NCBI GenBank assembly: GCA_002434805.1
Contig: DJKW01000004.1
Span: forward strand, 11,936 to 75,935
Source: Patescibacteria group bacterium UBA6532
GTDB taxonomy: Bacteria > Patescibacteriota > Minisyncoccia > Minisyncoccales > UBA6532
Length of the DNA: 64,000 nt
Direction: 5' to 3'
Below are positions 33,746-43,062 of the stretch, piece by piece. The position numbers were made by a program, and so were the translations under genes. The notes below the pieces were generated by a model, which was given only the letters and a program-made list of their open reading frames with translations, was not told the origin of the DNA and did not search any database. How positions within the stretch are numbered: the first letter of the stretch is position 1; each line of letters opens with the position of its first letter.

Positions 33746-34313
33746 TATTTATAGCATAGTAACAGGTACCCCGGCCATTGCCTTTTCTTTCCATTGATCC
33801 TACCTGAACCAAGCTTTCAAGATCTCGAAGCAGAGTCCGTCTGTTCAGTTGAGGGAAAACTTTGAGCAAATCGCCTACTTTCACCTTTCCGCTTCCATTG
33901 GAAATATTTAAAATCTTTTCCTTTCTTAAACCAGAATTAATCCTATTATTACTAGCACTCCTATCTTCTTGTTTTCTAATACCAAATTCTGGTGACAGAA
34001 GCTTGCTTTTCAATTCTTGAGATATCTTATCATACTCTTTCTTTAAAACCAAGAAGTTCTGGGGATTTATCCGTTGAGAAGATTCAGCTGAGTCAAAATA
34101 GCTGGTTAACTTAGCTATTTCTTTTAAAATTTGTGGGGTAATGCTTTCTCTCTGAGAAAAGCTTAATATTGGATTTCCATAAGAAAGCAAAATAAGGCCA
34201 GCTAAAATATTCTTGGCTGACTCCTCAATTCTTTGTTTTGTCTCTTTTTCTGGTAAAAGTTCCAAGACCCTAAAAAGAGCAAAAGTAAGTTTTATATATT
34301 GGTCTTTGTCCAT
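33738..34313 (-). CDS. Putative regulator: N-terminal four-helix-bundle-like domain + C-terminal DeoR-like winged HTH
   Basis: RKEKILNI...VGDLLKVFPQLNRRTLLRDLESLV..G..ERKGNGRGTCY; helical N-domain. Confidence 0.7.
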   Translation of the reverse strand: MDKDQYIKLTFALFRVLELLPEKETKQRIEESAKNILAGLILLSYGNPILSFSQRESITPQILKEIAKLTSYFDSAESSQRINPQNFLVLKKEYDKISQELKSKLLSPEFGIRKQEDRSASNNRINSGLRKEKILNISNGSGKVKVGDLLKVFPQLNRRTLLRDLESLVQVGSMERKGNGRGTCYYAINRT

Positions 34314-34330
34314 AAAGGTTTTATTGAAAT

Positions 34331-34363
34331 AAAAAGCCCTATCTCTTTCTTAAAGAATAAGGC
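34331..34363 (-). terminator. Leader terminator (attenuator) upstream of the wHTH gene
   Basis: GCCUUAUUCUUU-aag-AAAGAGAUAGGGC-UUUUU, 17 nt before the ATG. Confidence 0.7.
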
Positions 34364-34381
34364 AATCCTCGTTAATTCAAT

Positions 34382-34405
34382 TTAACTGGCAAGAATAGTC
34401 CACAT
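34382..34405 (-). other. Putative leaderless leader peptide MWTILAS
   Basis: ATG TGG ACT ATT CTT GCC AGT TAA, 6 nt after the TAAAAT -10 box. Confidence 0.45.
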
Positions 34406-34411
34406 TTAATC

Positions 34412-34439
34412 ATTTTAAAATAACAACATATTATGTCAA
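34412..34439 (-). promoter_or_regulatory. sigma70 promoter
   Basis: TTGACA-16 nt-TAAAAT. Confidence 0.65.
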
Positions 34440-34451
34440 GTTAAAAACTAT

Positions 34452-34501
34452 TCCCGGAACAGTTTTCCACAACTTATCCCGGACACGAGTTTTCCACAAC
34501 T
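34452..34501. promoter_or_regulatory. Tandem direct repeat containing two DnaA-box matches
   Basis: AGTTTTCCACAACT at 34461 and 34488, each preceded by TCCCGGA; TTTTCCACA fits TTWTNCACA. Confidence 0.55.
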
Positions 34502-34549
34502 CTACTAAAGACAGGGGATCGTAAACAACGTTAGAACCTGTTTTACTTT

Positions 34550-34579
34550 AAAAAAAGGCTGAGAGTTAACTCAGCTTTT
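34550..34579 (-). terminator. Intrinsic terminator
   Basis: AGCTGAG-ttaact-CTCAGCC-T7, overlapping the upstream stop codon. Confidence 0.75.
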
Positions 34580-35059
34580 AATAAATGGGACAACTTGTAG
34601 TCGTCGTATCAGTTCTTCTTGAGTTTCCCATGTTCCGAATTGTCCGCCAAACATAATACGGAATAGTTTAACGAGCTCTTTCCTGGGTATTTCTTCTATT
34701 AGATTACTTCGTATTGCACGGTGGAAATTATATCCTGTCTGTATTACCTCACCTATGGTAATCCCATTCTCCCTGAACCAATTCGCAATTCCTTCTGGAA
34801 GATCAATCTCTGTCTTTATCATTTTATTATCCATTCTCTTATTACCATCTATAAAAATATGCCCTTGATTTACTGACCGCAAATAAAAAGAAGCTTTCAA
34901 AAATACACTTGGATAAAGCTCTTGTCCAAAAACGCTTTGAGCGGGCTGTGTTTCTAGCATTAAAAGAGCGTGTTCATTTAACACGCCCCCTAAACCACCT
35001 GTCTTTGTTATAATTTCATCGTGTATTTTTATAATTTCTTCCCTGGATAAATAATACAT
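34571..35059 (-). pseudogene. Doc/Fic toxin N-terminal part fused in frame to unrelated sequence
   Basis: YLSREEIIKIHD...GG..G, FGQELYP, HIFIDGNKR; then Doc-like sequence stops abruptly. Confidence 0.65.
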
Positions 35060-35069
35060 AATTTACGTA

Positions 35070-35271
35070 TTATTTATTCGCAAGAGACCTAAAAGCTTTT
35101 TTATGTTTTTCTATAAAATCTGATGTTTCTTTTCTGACATCAAATTCGTAATCCTTGTAAAAAAAACGAGCTCGTTGTGTTATTAACCCTCATCATTGTG
35201 AAACTTCTCCACAAATTTGGTTTTTTTGTTTTTATAGTTTTAGTTCCTATTGATTTAGTAATCAAGTTCAT
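35070..35271 (-). pseudogene. Putative frameshifted antitoxin
   Basis: ATG at 35271 overlaps upstream stop (ATGA); removing one base in A8 (35159-35166) joins it to ...SDFIEKHKKAFRSLANK*, which resembles Doc-antitoxin C-termini. Confidence 0.5.
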
Positions 35272-35642
35272 AATTTAGATGTTTGTTTTAATAAATTTAA
35301 ATTGATATCCGTAGTTAACTTTTCTTTATCAGCAATCGCTTTTATTGTATAAGTGCCAGGCTCAGGAAAAACGACATCATAAAAATTAGCAATAAAGCGA
35401 TGACTTATTCCAGTTAAAGCCTCTTTATCAACAGCAGCTAATTCTTTATTACCTTTCATAATAGAAATTTTAAAATAGTGTTTCCCCGCTATACCCTGTG
35501 TAATAAGACTAACTGTTAATTCTTTGTGTTTAGCTGGAAAAGTAAAAGCACCTATTGAATCAAAAACACCCTCTATAGTAATGTTTTTTGTATCGTCATT
35601 AACACTTACTTTATTTGAAACAAGAAGGGATAAGATTTTCAT
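35268..35642 (-). CDS. Small beta-sandwich protein (DUF6941-like)
   Basis: K..I.GVFD.I....FPA.H and F.EPG.Y patterns. Confidence 0.6.
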   Translation of the reverse strand: MKILSLLVSNKVSVNDDTKNITIEGVFDSIGAFTFPAKHKELTVSLITQGIAGKHYFKISIMKGNKELAAVDKEALTGISHRFIANFYDVVFPEPGTYTIKAIADKEKLTTDINLNLLKQTSKL

Positions 35643-35754
35643 ACTTTTAATTTATTATATAAGTAAACAGTTAACAAGTGATAATATCTTACAACTATCT
35701 CACAATCTATGTTGGGAGACATCTTAATACTTGAGGTATGATTTAGTTTAAAAT

Positions 35755-35785
35755 AAATAAAATGCCATTTCTAGAGAAATGGCAT
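35755..35785 (-). terminator. Intrinsic terminator
   Basis: ATGCCATTTCT-2 nt-AGAAATGGCAT followed by a U-rich tract. Confidence 0.7.
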
Positions 35786-35791
35786 AAATCT

Positions 35792-36538
35792 TTAGTTTAG
35801 TGAAAGAACTATAATAGTGAGATCATCTTTGGCGCTATGGTTATTGAAAACTTCTTCTTTAAGAGCTTTGGCGATTTTTTCAGGATCTTTAAATTTTCTA
35901 GCAATTTCAGCTACTTCGTTTTTATTTAATTTGTCAAAGAGTCCGTCTGAAGCTGTGATTAAGAATAAATCATTTTTAGATATCTTATGACTCCCGGTAG
36001 TTGGCCTGGCGATTATCCCAACTTCTTTAAAGCATGGGTCTCCTATTGTCCTTGTTGGCATTAATCCATTCGCTCCCCGATAAACATAAGGGTCGTTGTC
36101 ATGAATTTCCCCACCCATTTCTTTTATTCTGTCTCTTTCTTTAGTGTTGCTAAGACGGTGATTGGTGGTAAGCTGGCAAACAGTGTCTTTTTGCACAATA
36201 ATGATTTCTACATCACCGACATTTGCAAAATGTATTTTTTTGTTTTTTATAAAAAAGTTTGCGGCGCAGGATCCAGAATCTTGATGATTTAATTCCTCGG
36301 AAATTGACTCGTAACTATTTGTAAAAGCATCGGCAATAGAAGGAAAGCGGTATAAGAAGTAGAAAAATCTTCCATGGAAACTCTTGGCAAGATGTTGAGC
36401 TGCTATTTCTCCCCGATGTCCATTATAAACCCCGCCAACAATCCATCTCCCTTGTTTGCCAAAATTCAGGTCAAGAAAACAGGTATCTTCCATATGATAA
36501 TTTCTTTTACCTTGTTCTATTACAACAGCTGATTTCAT
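35792..36538 (-). CDS. PP2C/PPM-family Ser/Thr phosphatase (variant motifs)
   Basis: MED, YNGHRG, ANVGD, ERDRI...GG, TRTIGD, ASDGLFD, DDLT; start MKSAVV at 36538. Confidence 0.85.
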   Translation of the reverse strand: MKSAVVIEQGKRNYHMEDTCFLDLNFGKQGRWIVGGVYNGHRGEIAAQHLAKSFHGRFFYFLYRFPSIADAFTNSYESISEELNHQDSGSCAANFFIKNKKIHFANVGDVEIIIVQKDTVCQLTTNHRLSNTKERDRIKEMGGEIHDNDPYVYRGANGLMPTRTIGDPCFKEVGIIARPTTGSHKISKNDLFLITASDGLFDKLNKNEVAEIARKFKDPEKIAKALKEEVFNNHSAKDDLTIIVLSLN

Positions 36539-36569
36539 ATATTTACTTTTTAAAAGAACCAATTAAGAT

Positions 36570-36598
36570 ATTTTATCCACTCTCTAAAAAAAAGTCAA
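36570..36598 (-). promoter_or_regulatory. sigma70 promoter of PP2C gene
   Basis: TTGACT-17 nt-TAAAAT, followed by boxA-like GGTTCTTTTAAAA. Confidence 0.65.
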
Positions 36599-36623
36599 AC
36601 GCCCCGTTTTAAATCGGGACGTT
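36598..36623 (-). terminator. Intrinsic terminator of clpB operon
   Basis: AACGTCCCG-8 nt-CGGGGCGTT then T-rich tract. Confidence 0.65.
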
Positions 36624-36652
36624 ATTATTGAATATGGGAAAGTAAGCCTGGC

Positions 36653-37006
36653 TTAGTTTTTTAGTTTTACCTCTATTTCTTCAGAAAAAGCTAAATATCC
36701 CCAGCCAACTAAATTGGCAAAAGGAACTACCATAACAATTCCTATCCACCAGGGCTTTTTTAAAAGTTTGGAAATTTCAACAAAAATTATTAGGCTGGCG
36801 ATAATATTTACGATCGGAATTAAAAGAAGAATAACCCACCACCAGGGCTTTTTAACAATCTTAGTCATCAAATAATAATTTACGATTAGAACCCAGGCAT
36901 ACCAATCTTTAGTAGTATTAGTCTTTCTAGCTACCACCATTAAGCAGTAAGCAACCCAGATATAAATTGCAATTGCAGCTAAAAATTGATACATGTTAAA
37001 ATCCAA
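36653..37006 (-). CDS. Small membrane protein (DUF5684-like)
   Basis: Repeated W.AW..I.N.Y / WW..LLLIPIVN helices; start may be 36994. Confidence 0.7.
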   Translation of the reverse strand: MDFNMYQFLAAIAIYIWVAYCLMVVARKTNTTKDWYAWVLIVNYYLMTKIVKKPWWWVILLLIPIVNIIASLIIFVEISKLLKKPWWIGIVMVVPFANLVGWGYLAFSEEIEVKLKN

Positions 37007-37742
37007 CGAAATCTTTTATTTTTTTAACGGAAATAGCGCTTACCTTGCCCATTTCATCAATTAAACTCAAACCGACCACGTCTCCTTTAATATCAAAAAG
37101 AGGACTGCCCTTCAATTCTTTTTCTTCTAAGATATTAGTTTGAAGAAAATCTTTGTTAAAACTTTTAATAATCCCCTCATTTGCCGTTTTTAGTCCTTGA
37201 GAAAGCAAAGTTTTAGTTGAAGTAGCCTCGCTCTCTTCAAAAACAACTCCCATAAGAAAAACCCTCTCTCCTATTTTTATTGTATTAAAATCAGCAAAAG
37301 CAACAGTAGGCAAGCCAGATGCCTCGACTTTTACTAAAGCTAAATTATTTTTAACGTCTCTCTTTAAAACCTGCCAAGACGGCCATTTCCCTTCCAATAA
37401 GAAATAGAAATCAGAACCTATGGGCAAGAGGTCGTTTAAAGTAACCAATAAACCGTCTGACGTTATAATAAGTCCGGAACCTTGAAGAACTTCTCCGTTT
37501 TTCTTTTCGCTTTTAATCCCTACGACCACGCCCTTTACTTTTTCCAACGATTCTTCCAAAGCAGTATTTTCCTGAATGGTTACTTCTTTTCTCTCTGTAA
37601 TATAAACTGGGCTCTGTTCTAGTCTGTATTCATAAAAAAGCGGCCTCTCTATGAAATAGGGCCAAAGAATCTGATCGGCAAAGATACCGCCAACTGTTCC
37701 GATAATAAAAATAGCGATGACTTTAAAAATATTTCTCAACAC
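36996..37742 (-). CDS. Membrane-anchored trypsin-like (S1C/HtrA-like) protein, catalytic residues degenerate
   Basis: GSGLIITSDGLLVT, LALVKV, GSPLFDIKGDVVG; no catalytic His or GNSGG. Confidence 0.75.
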   Translation of the reverse strand: MLRNIFKVIAIFIIGTVGGIFADQILWPYFIERPLFYEYRLEQSPVYITERKEVTIQENTALEESLEKVKGVVVGIKSEKKNGEVLQGSGLIITSDGLLVTLNDLLPIGSDFYFLLEGKWPSWQVLKRDVKNNLALVKVEASGLPTVAFADFNTIKIGERVFLMGVVFEESEATSTKTLLSQGLKTANEGIIKSFNKDFLQTNILEEKELKGSPLFDIKGDVVGLSLIDEMGKVSAISVKKIKDFVGF

Positions 37743-37743
37743 T

Positions 37744-40464
37744 TTATTTCGCCAGAAGTTTTTCTGGCTTTTTTTGTTTTCCTATTTTCCCGACTAAATC
37801 CCTAGTACTCTTAAATACAATTTTATTATGCTCAACATCAACCATAATGTTTTCTCCTTCCTGAACTTCGCCCCGGACAATCTTTAAAGCTAAAGGATCT
37901 AAAACCATTTTCTGGATTACTCTTTTTAATGGTCTTGCTCCTAAATTCCTGTCAAAACCGCGCTCAGCTAAAAAATCTTTGGCTCCGGAAGAAACCTTAA
38001 TTTCCACTTTTTTAGTCAAGAGGCGATCAACTACTTTTTTTAACTCCAATTCAACTATCTTTTTGATTTCTGGCTTACCGAGATGGTTGAAGATAATAAT
38101 TTCGTCAATTCGGTTGAGGAATTCCGGTCGGAACTGTTCTTTTAATACCTCCATTACTTTTTCTCTTAAATCCCCCCGAACCTGTTCTTCTTTCCCTCCC
38201 AAAAATCCCAAAGACCCCATTTTAGCAATGTATTCTGAACCAATATTAGAAGTCATAATCAAAATGGCGTTTTTAAATGAAGCTATTCTCCCTTTGGCAT
38301 CTGTTAATCGGCCGTCTTCTAAAATCTGCAAAAGAATATTGAAAACTTCGGGATTAGCTTTTTCTATCTCATCAAGTAAGATGACGCTATATGGCCTTCG
38401 CCGAACCTTTTCTGTTAATTGGCCTCCTTCTTCGTGGCCAACGTAACCGGGAGGAGAACCTATCATTTTAGAAACAGTGTGCTTTTCCATATATTCTGAC
38501 ATATCCAGTCTTATCAAAGCGTTTTGGTCATTGAATAAAAAGTTGGCCAGAGCCCGGGCAGTTTCTGTTTTTCCAACCCCGGTTGGACCCAAAAACAAGA
38601 AAGAGCCCATTGGCCGATTTTCTTCGGCAATGCCAGCCCGCGATCTGCGAATAGCATTGGATATGGCGACAATTGCTTCTTTTTGGCCGATTACCCGCCA
38701 GGAAACAATATCTTCCATCTTCTCTAATTTCTTCGCTTCAGCTTCCATCAACCTTGTTATGGGAATTCCTGTCCAACGGGAAACAACTTGGGCCACCTCT
38801 TCTTCAGTCACCTGCTCTTTAAGAATTTTGTGCTTTTTCTGAAAACGCACTAATTCTTTTTCTGTTTTTTTAACCTCTTTTAGAATCTCTGGAATTTTTC
38901 CATATTTAATTTCAGCCACCTTCTGAAGGTCAGCTTCTCTTTCGGCAACTTCAGCCTGAAATGTAAATTGGTCCAATTCTTTTTTAAAACCTCTAATTTT
39001 TTGAATTAAGTCTCGCTCCGTTTTCCACCTCAACTCAATTACCTTGAGTTTTTCTTTTAAATCAGCTAAAGAACGGTTAATAACAGTCATCCTTCTTTTT
39101 GAAGCTGTTTTCTTTTCTTTTTTAAGAGCCTCTTTTTCAATTTCTAATCTTTGAATCTCTCTTTTTAACTCGTCAACCTCTGATGGCTCCGATTCAATTT
39201 CCAGTCTTAAAGAAGAGGCTGCCTCGTCCATTAAGTCAACTGCTTTATCTGGCAGAAACCTGTCTGTAATATATCGAGCGGCCAGATTAGCTGCCTCTAT
39301 TAAGGCTTTATCTAAAATCTTTACCCCGTGATGGGACTCATATTTTTCTTTAAGTCCTCTTAAGATAGCGATAGTATCTTCTACTGATGGTTCTGAAGTA
39401 TAAATTGGCTGGAATCTCCGCTCTAAAGCAGAATCCTTTTCAATGTACTTTTGATATTCCTTTAAGGTGGTCGCTCCAATTGCCTTTAACTCTCCCCGAG
39501 CAAGGGCGGGCTTTAAAAGATTGGAAGCGTCAATGGCGCCTTCAGCTGCTCCAGCTCCGACAAGAGTATGGAGTTCATCAATAAACAAGAGATATTTTCC
39601 ACCCGCTTTGTTGATTTCCCGTAAAAGAGCTTTAATCCTGTCTTCAAATTCCCCACGGTACTTGGTGCCAGCCACCAAAGAACCCAAATCTAAGCTGATA
39701 ATCTCTTTGTCTTTTAAGCTTTCAGGAACTTCTCCTTTAATAATTCTTTGGGCCAAACCCTCAACAATAGCTGTTTTTCCCACTCCAGCTTCTCCGATTA
39801 AAACCGGGTTATTTTTAGTTCTTCGGGAAAGAACCTGCATTAGACGACGAATCTCGTTTTCTCTGCCGATAACAGGATCCAGCTTGCCATTTCTTGCTAA
39901 TTGAGTTAAATTTCTAGCATACTTTTCTATAACTTGATATTTGGATTCTGGCTCGGGATCTGTAATTCGAGCTCCTCCTCGAATCTTAGATAAAATTTCC
40001 AAAGTTTTTCCATAATCTAATTTACCGAACTCCAGGGCGGCCGCCCCTCCCTTGCCACCTTGCAATAAAGTCGCTTTATTTAAAATTTCCTTAGCTTTGG
40101 TTTCTGTATCTAAAAGAGATAAAAACATATGCTCGACGGAAATAAATTCGTCTCCCATTTTTATTGATTCTTGACGAGCCCTGTCTAAAACCTTGGCCAT
40201 ATCTTGGGTAAGGTAAAACTGGCCAAAAGTCTGAGGAGTAGATACAACGGGAATCTTCTCTAAAGATTGTTTTGTTTTCTTTTTCATCCCTTCAATGTCC
40301 ACTCCTAGTTTCTGTAATAAAGTTAAGATTACGCTTTCCTCTTGAGAAAGCAAAGACAAAAGCAGGTGCAGAGCGTCTATTTGCTGCTGCCCTTTTTCCC
40401 TGGCAATATTTTGGGCTCTCAAAATTGCTTCTTGAGCCTTATGAGTAAAATTGCCACCGTTCAT
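37744..40464 (-). CDS. clpB: ATP-dependent chaperone ClpB
   Basis: Clp N domain, two AAA+ modules ([16 protein letters not shown]), long coiled-coil M domain. Confidence 0.93.
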   Translation of the reverse strand: MNGGNFTHKAQEAILRAQNIAREKGQQQIDALHLLLSLLSQEESVILTLLQKLGVDIEGMKKKTKQSLEKIPVVSTPQTFGQFYLTQDMAKVLDRARQESIKMGDEFISVEHMFLSLLDTETKAKEILNKATLLQGGKGGAAALEFGKLDYGKTLEILSKIRGGARITDPEPESKYQVIEKYARNLTQLARNGKLDPVIGRENEIRRLMQVLSRRTKNNPVLIGEAGVGKTAIVEGLAQRIIKGEVPESLKDKEIISLDLGSLVAGTKYRGEFEDRIKALLREINKAGGKYLLFIDELHTLVGAGAAEGAIDASNLLKPALARGELKAIGATTLKEYQKYIEKDSALERRFQPIYTSEPSVEDTIAILRGLKEKYESHHGVKILDKALIEAANLAARYITDRFLPDKAVDLMDEAASSLRLEIESEPSEVDELKREIQRLEIEKEALKKEKKTASKRRMTVINRSLADLKEKLKVIELRWKTERDLIQKIRGFKKELDQFTFQAEVAEREADLQKVAEIKYGKIPEILKEVKKTEKELVRFQKKHKILKEQVTEEEVAQVVSRWTGIPITRLMEAEAKKLEKMEDIVSWRVIGQKEAIVAISNAIRRSRAGIAEENRPMGSFLFLGPTGVGKTETARALANFLFNDQNALIRLDMSEYMEKHTVSKMIGSPPGYVGHEEGGQLTEKVRRRPYSVILLDEIEKANPEVFNILLQILEDGRLTDAKGRIASFKNAILIMTSNIGSEYIAKMGSLGFLGGKEEQVRGDLREKVMEVLKEQFRPEFLNRIDEIIIFNHLGKPEIKKIVELELKKVVDRLLTKKVEIKVSSGAKDFLAERGFDRNLGARPLKRVIQKMVLDPLALKIVRGEVQEGENIMVDVEHNKIVFKSTRDLVGKIGKQKKPEKLLAK

Positions 40465-40525
40465 ATTCTATATTCTAGCAAAAATTTACAAAAAATCAAG
40501 GAAATCATAGAATAAAGACAATAAT

Positions 40526-41617
40526 ATGATTAAACGAAATAGAACAATTTTATTTATAATTCTTTTCTTTTTATTTCTCTCAGCCGCTCCCCTGACTATT
40601 TTCTATTCTCAAGGATACCGATTTGATTTTCAGGAAAAAAGGTTTGTCCAAACAGGAGGCCTTTATTTCAAAGTTAGGCCTCTGGGAGCTGAAATTTATC
40701 TGAACGGGAAATTAGTAAAGGATACTTCAATTTTATTTGGCACAGCTCTTGTTGAAAATCTTTTGCCAAAAACTTACGATGTCGAAATAAAAAAGGAAGG
40801 ATTTCATTCCTGGCAGAAAAACCTTGAAGTAAAAGAAAAATTGGTTGCTGAAGCGAAAAACATTGTTTTAATTCCCAAAGAACCAGAGTTTTCTCTTTTG
40901 GAAGAGAATATAGAAGATTTTTGGTTTTCTGATGATGGGGAAAAATTAGTTTATAAAAAATTTGGCGAAGAGAAAGAAAAACTAGAATCAGTTAAAATTC
41001 CCCAAGTGATTAAAAAAGATCTGATTTCCCATATAGTTGTTTCAAACTCCATCTTATGGCTAAACAACCAAGGGTTTCTTTCTAAATCTGATTTAACTGG
41101 AAAAACATTAGAAATATTCAACACCAAACCACTTAGTATTAAAGAGGAAAAAGAATATAAGATAGTAGTAAAGAATTCATCAAAAATCTTTATCCAAGAA
41201 GATAATTCTCTTTTTTACCTGAATGAAGAATCAAAAATCTTTGAAAAAATCTCAGACTCAGTAAAGAACTTAAAGTTTTCACCTGATTTCAAAAAAGTCG
41301 TTTATTTCAATAACTACGAAATTTGGGTTTATTTTCTGGAATCAGAAGAGGGACAACCCCACCGAGAAGATAAAGAAAAGCTTTTTCTTAACCGCTTTTC
41401 TCAAAGTTTAGGAAATGTCTTTTGGTTAAGCAACCACTATTTAATATTTAACTTAGAAGATAAAATAAAGGTCGCAGAAATTGACAACCGCGAGAAACTA
41501 AATATTGTCGACATAGCTGAATTCCAAAACCCAAAGATATTTTTCCACCAAAAAGATAAAAAGTTATATGTCTTAACTAAAGGGAATCTCTATATTTCAG
41601 AAGTATTGCTGAAATAG
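40526..41617 (+). CDS. PEGA-domain membrane-anchored protein with beta-propeller-like C-terminus
   Basis: N-terminal TM, GYRFD..TGG, P.GAEIYLNG, Y.VEIKKEGF..W; FSPD-like blades. Confidence 0.75.
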   Translation: MIKRNRTILFIILFFLFLSAAPLTIFYSQGYRFDFQEKRFVQTGGLYFKVRPLGAEIYLNGKLVKDTSILFGTALVENLLPKTYDVEIKKEGFHSWQKNLEVKEKLVAEAKNIVLIPKEPEFSLLEENIEDFWFSDDGEKLVYKKFGEEKEKLESVKIPQVIKKDLISHIVVSNSILWLNNQGFLSKSDLTGKTLEIFNTKPLSIKEEKEYKIVVKNSSKIFIQEDNSLFYLNEESKIFEKISDSVKNLKFSPDFKKVVYFNNYEIWVYFLESEEGQPHREDKEKLFLNRFSQSLGNVFWLSNHYLIFNLEDKIKVAEIDNREKLNIVDIAEFQNPKIFFHQKDKKLYVLTKGNLYISEVLLK

Positions 41618-41620
41618 AAA

Positions 41621-42190
41621 TTAAATTTTAGAAACAAAAGGATTGTCTTTGATGAAAAACCGCCAGGGTTTTTTAGCCCACCATCCAGCATAGTCAATTC
41701 CAATTCTCTGAGCAGCCACAATCTGGCTCTTTTTTATTCTTTCGCCTTGCTCCAGCCAAATCCTTTTACTCTTAATTAAATCTTCTCCATAAAAGGATTT
41801 ATTTAACTTCAGCCATTTGCATAATTTCCCAGGGCCTGAAGCCACCCTCTCATCTTTAACAAAAGAAATTGGCTCTAAAGCTCTAATTAATACGCATTCT
41901 GGCTTACCTGCTTTCTCGGTAGTAATATTCAACTGCCAATGAATGCCGTAGCAAAGATAGATGTAAATGCGACCGCCCTCCAAATATTCAACTTTATTCC
42001 TTTCGGTAATCTTTCCTCCAAAGGTATGGCTCGCTTTATCTTTGGTGCCAATATAGGCCTCGGTTTCGACTATTTTGCCAATGAATTTCTTTTTTCCGAT
42101 TCTCCTAACCAAATACTTTCCCAATAAAGCTTTGGATACGTTTAAGGTTGCTGAGGTATAAAATTTTTGAGAAAGTTTGTTAGTTTTCAT
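41621..42190 (-). CDS. mpg: DNA-3-methyladenine glycosylase (MPG/AAG family)
   Basis: IVETEAY, YIYLCYGIH, VLIRALEP, GPGKL, RIGI. Confidence 0.92.
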   Translation of the reverse strand: MKTNKLSQKFYTSATLNVSKALLGKYLVRRIGKKKFIGKIVETEAYIGTKDKASHTFGGKITERNKVEYLEGGRIYIYLCYGIHWQLNITTEKAGKPECVLIRALEPISFVKDERVASGPGKLCKWLKLNKSFYGEDLIKSKRIWLEQGERIKKSQIVAAQRIGIDYAGWWAKKPWRFFIKDNPFVSKI

Positions 42191-42240
42191 TCTAAATTTA
42201 TTTTATTAATTTACAAGAATTTATACAAGTTTAAAGAATC

Positions 42241-42267
42241 AAAGAGCCGCAATTTACGCGGCTTTTT
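42241..42267. terminator. Intrinsic terminator
   Basis: AAAGAGCCGC-aatttac-GCGGCTTTTT. Confidence 0.8.
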
Positions 42268-42300
42268 GAAGGAGTAGAGCTTTAAGTCCCTAAACTAATA

Positions 42301-42993
42301 CTATTTTTTCTCTTTATTTGCTAACTCTATTTTTGCCTTAAGATTTTCCCAATTCACTTCTATGTCTCCTGTCATCAAACAAGCATCTTCAAACTGACAA
42401 TATCTACACTGCCAGTTTTTAGGATACTCAGAAAGTCTGCCTGGAATGGTATCTGAATCTATTTTCCCTTTTAAATCCTTAAAGTCTGAAAGAAGTGACT
42501 GAACGAGTTTTGAATCATAGTTAACTATAAACTCTTTAATGTTTTGCTGGTCTTTATCTATGTAAAGTAATATTCCTTTTTTAATATTAAAGTAATGGAG
42601 GTAAAGCTGAAGTTGAAAAATATTCTCTTCCTTAGGTTCTTTCAAACCCCTAAAAATCATACTGTTCATACTTTTAATATCTAAAACGTAATTCTCGTTG
42701 TCTATGCAAAGTATGGCATCAGCGCGACCAGAAATTATTTCCTGAGAAGGAATGGAAACTTCAGTGGTTACGCCAATTCTCAAACGATAGAGAATATTGA
42801 AAATGTTTCTATGAATATGTTCTCCTTTTTCAAAGATCCTTAAAATCCTGGCATCCATCTTTTCTCTAGGAACTTTCTTAAATTTAAAAAAGACTGCCCG
42901 AGGACATTTTCCAACATCGGTGATATAAAAATGAGTTTGATCTTTGTCTTTCTGCTGGTCTAAATAAAATTTATCAATGCGTTCTTTTAACAT
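42301..42993 (-). CDS. Solo Cas4-like PD-(D/E)XK nuclease with Fe-S cysteines
   Basis: KCPR, G..IH, GRAD, DIKS, QLQLY, CRYCQFEDAC; start MLKE at 42993. Confidence 0.85.
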   Translation of the reverse strand: MLKERIDKFYLDQQKDKDQTHFYITDVGKCPRAVFFKFKKVPREKMDARILRIFEKGEHIHRNIFNILYRLRIGVTTEVSIPSQEIISGRADAILCIDNENYVLDIKSMNSMIFRGLKEPKEENIFQLQLYLHYFNIKKGILLYIDKDQQNIKEFIVNYDSKLVQSLLSDFKDLKGKIDSDTIPGRLSEYPKNWQCRYCQFEDACLMTGDIEVNWENLKAKIELANKEKK

Positions 42994-43062
42994 AATATAT
43001 TTAACTATCTTATCCTTATACAAAAAAATAGTCAAATATGACTATTTTTCAGACAATAAAAG

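Noticed and set aside
34440..34570. Replication origin
   Set aside because: Only two good DnaA boxes, no dnaA/dnaN nearby, no switch in gene orientation
35690..35720. NrdR-like box (cacaatctatgttggg)
   Set aside because: Poor fit to the consensus and no nrd gene nearby
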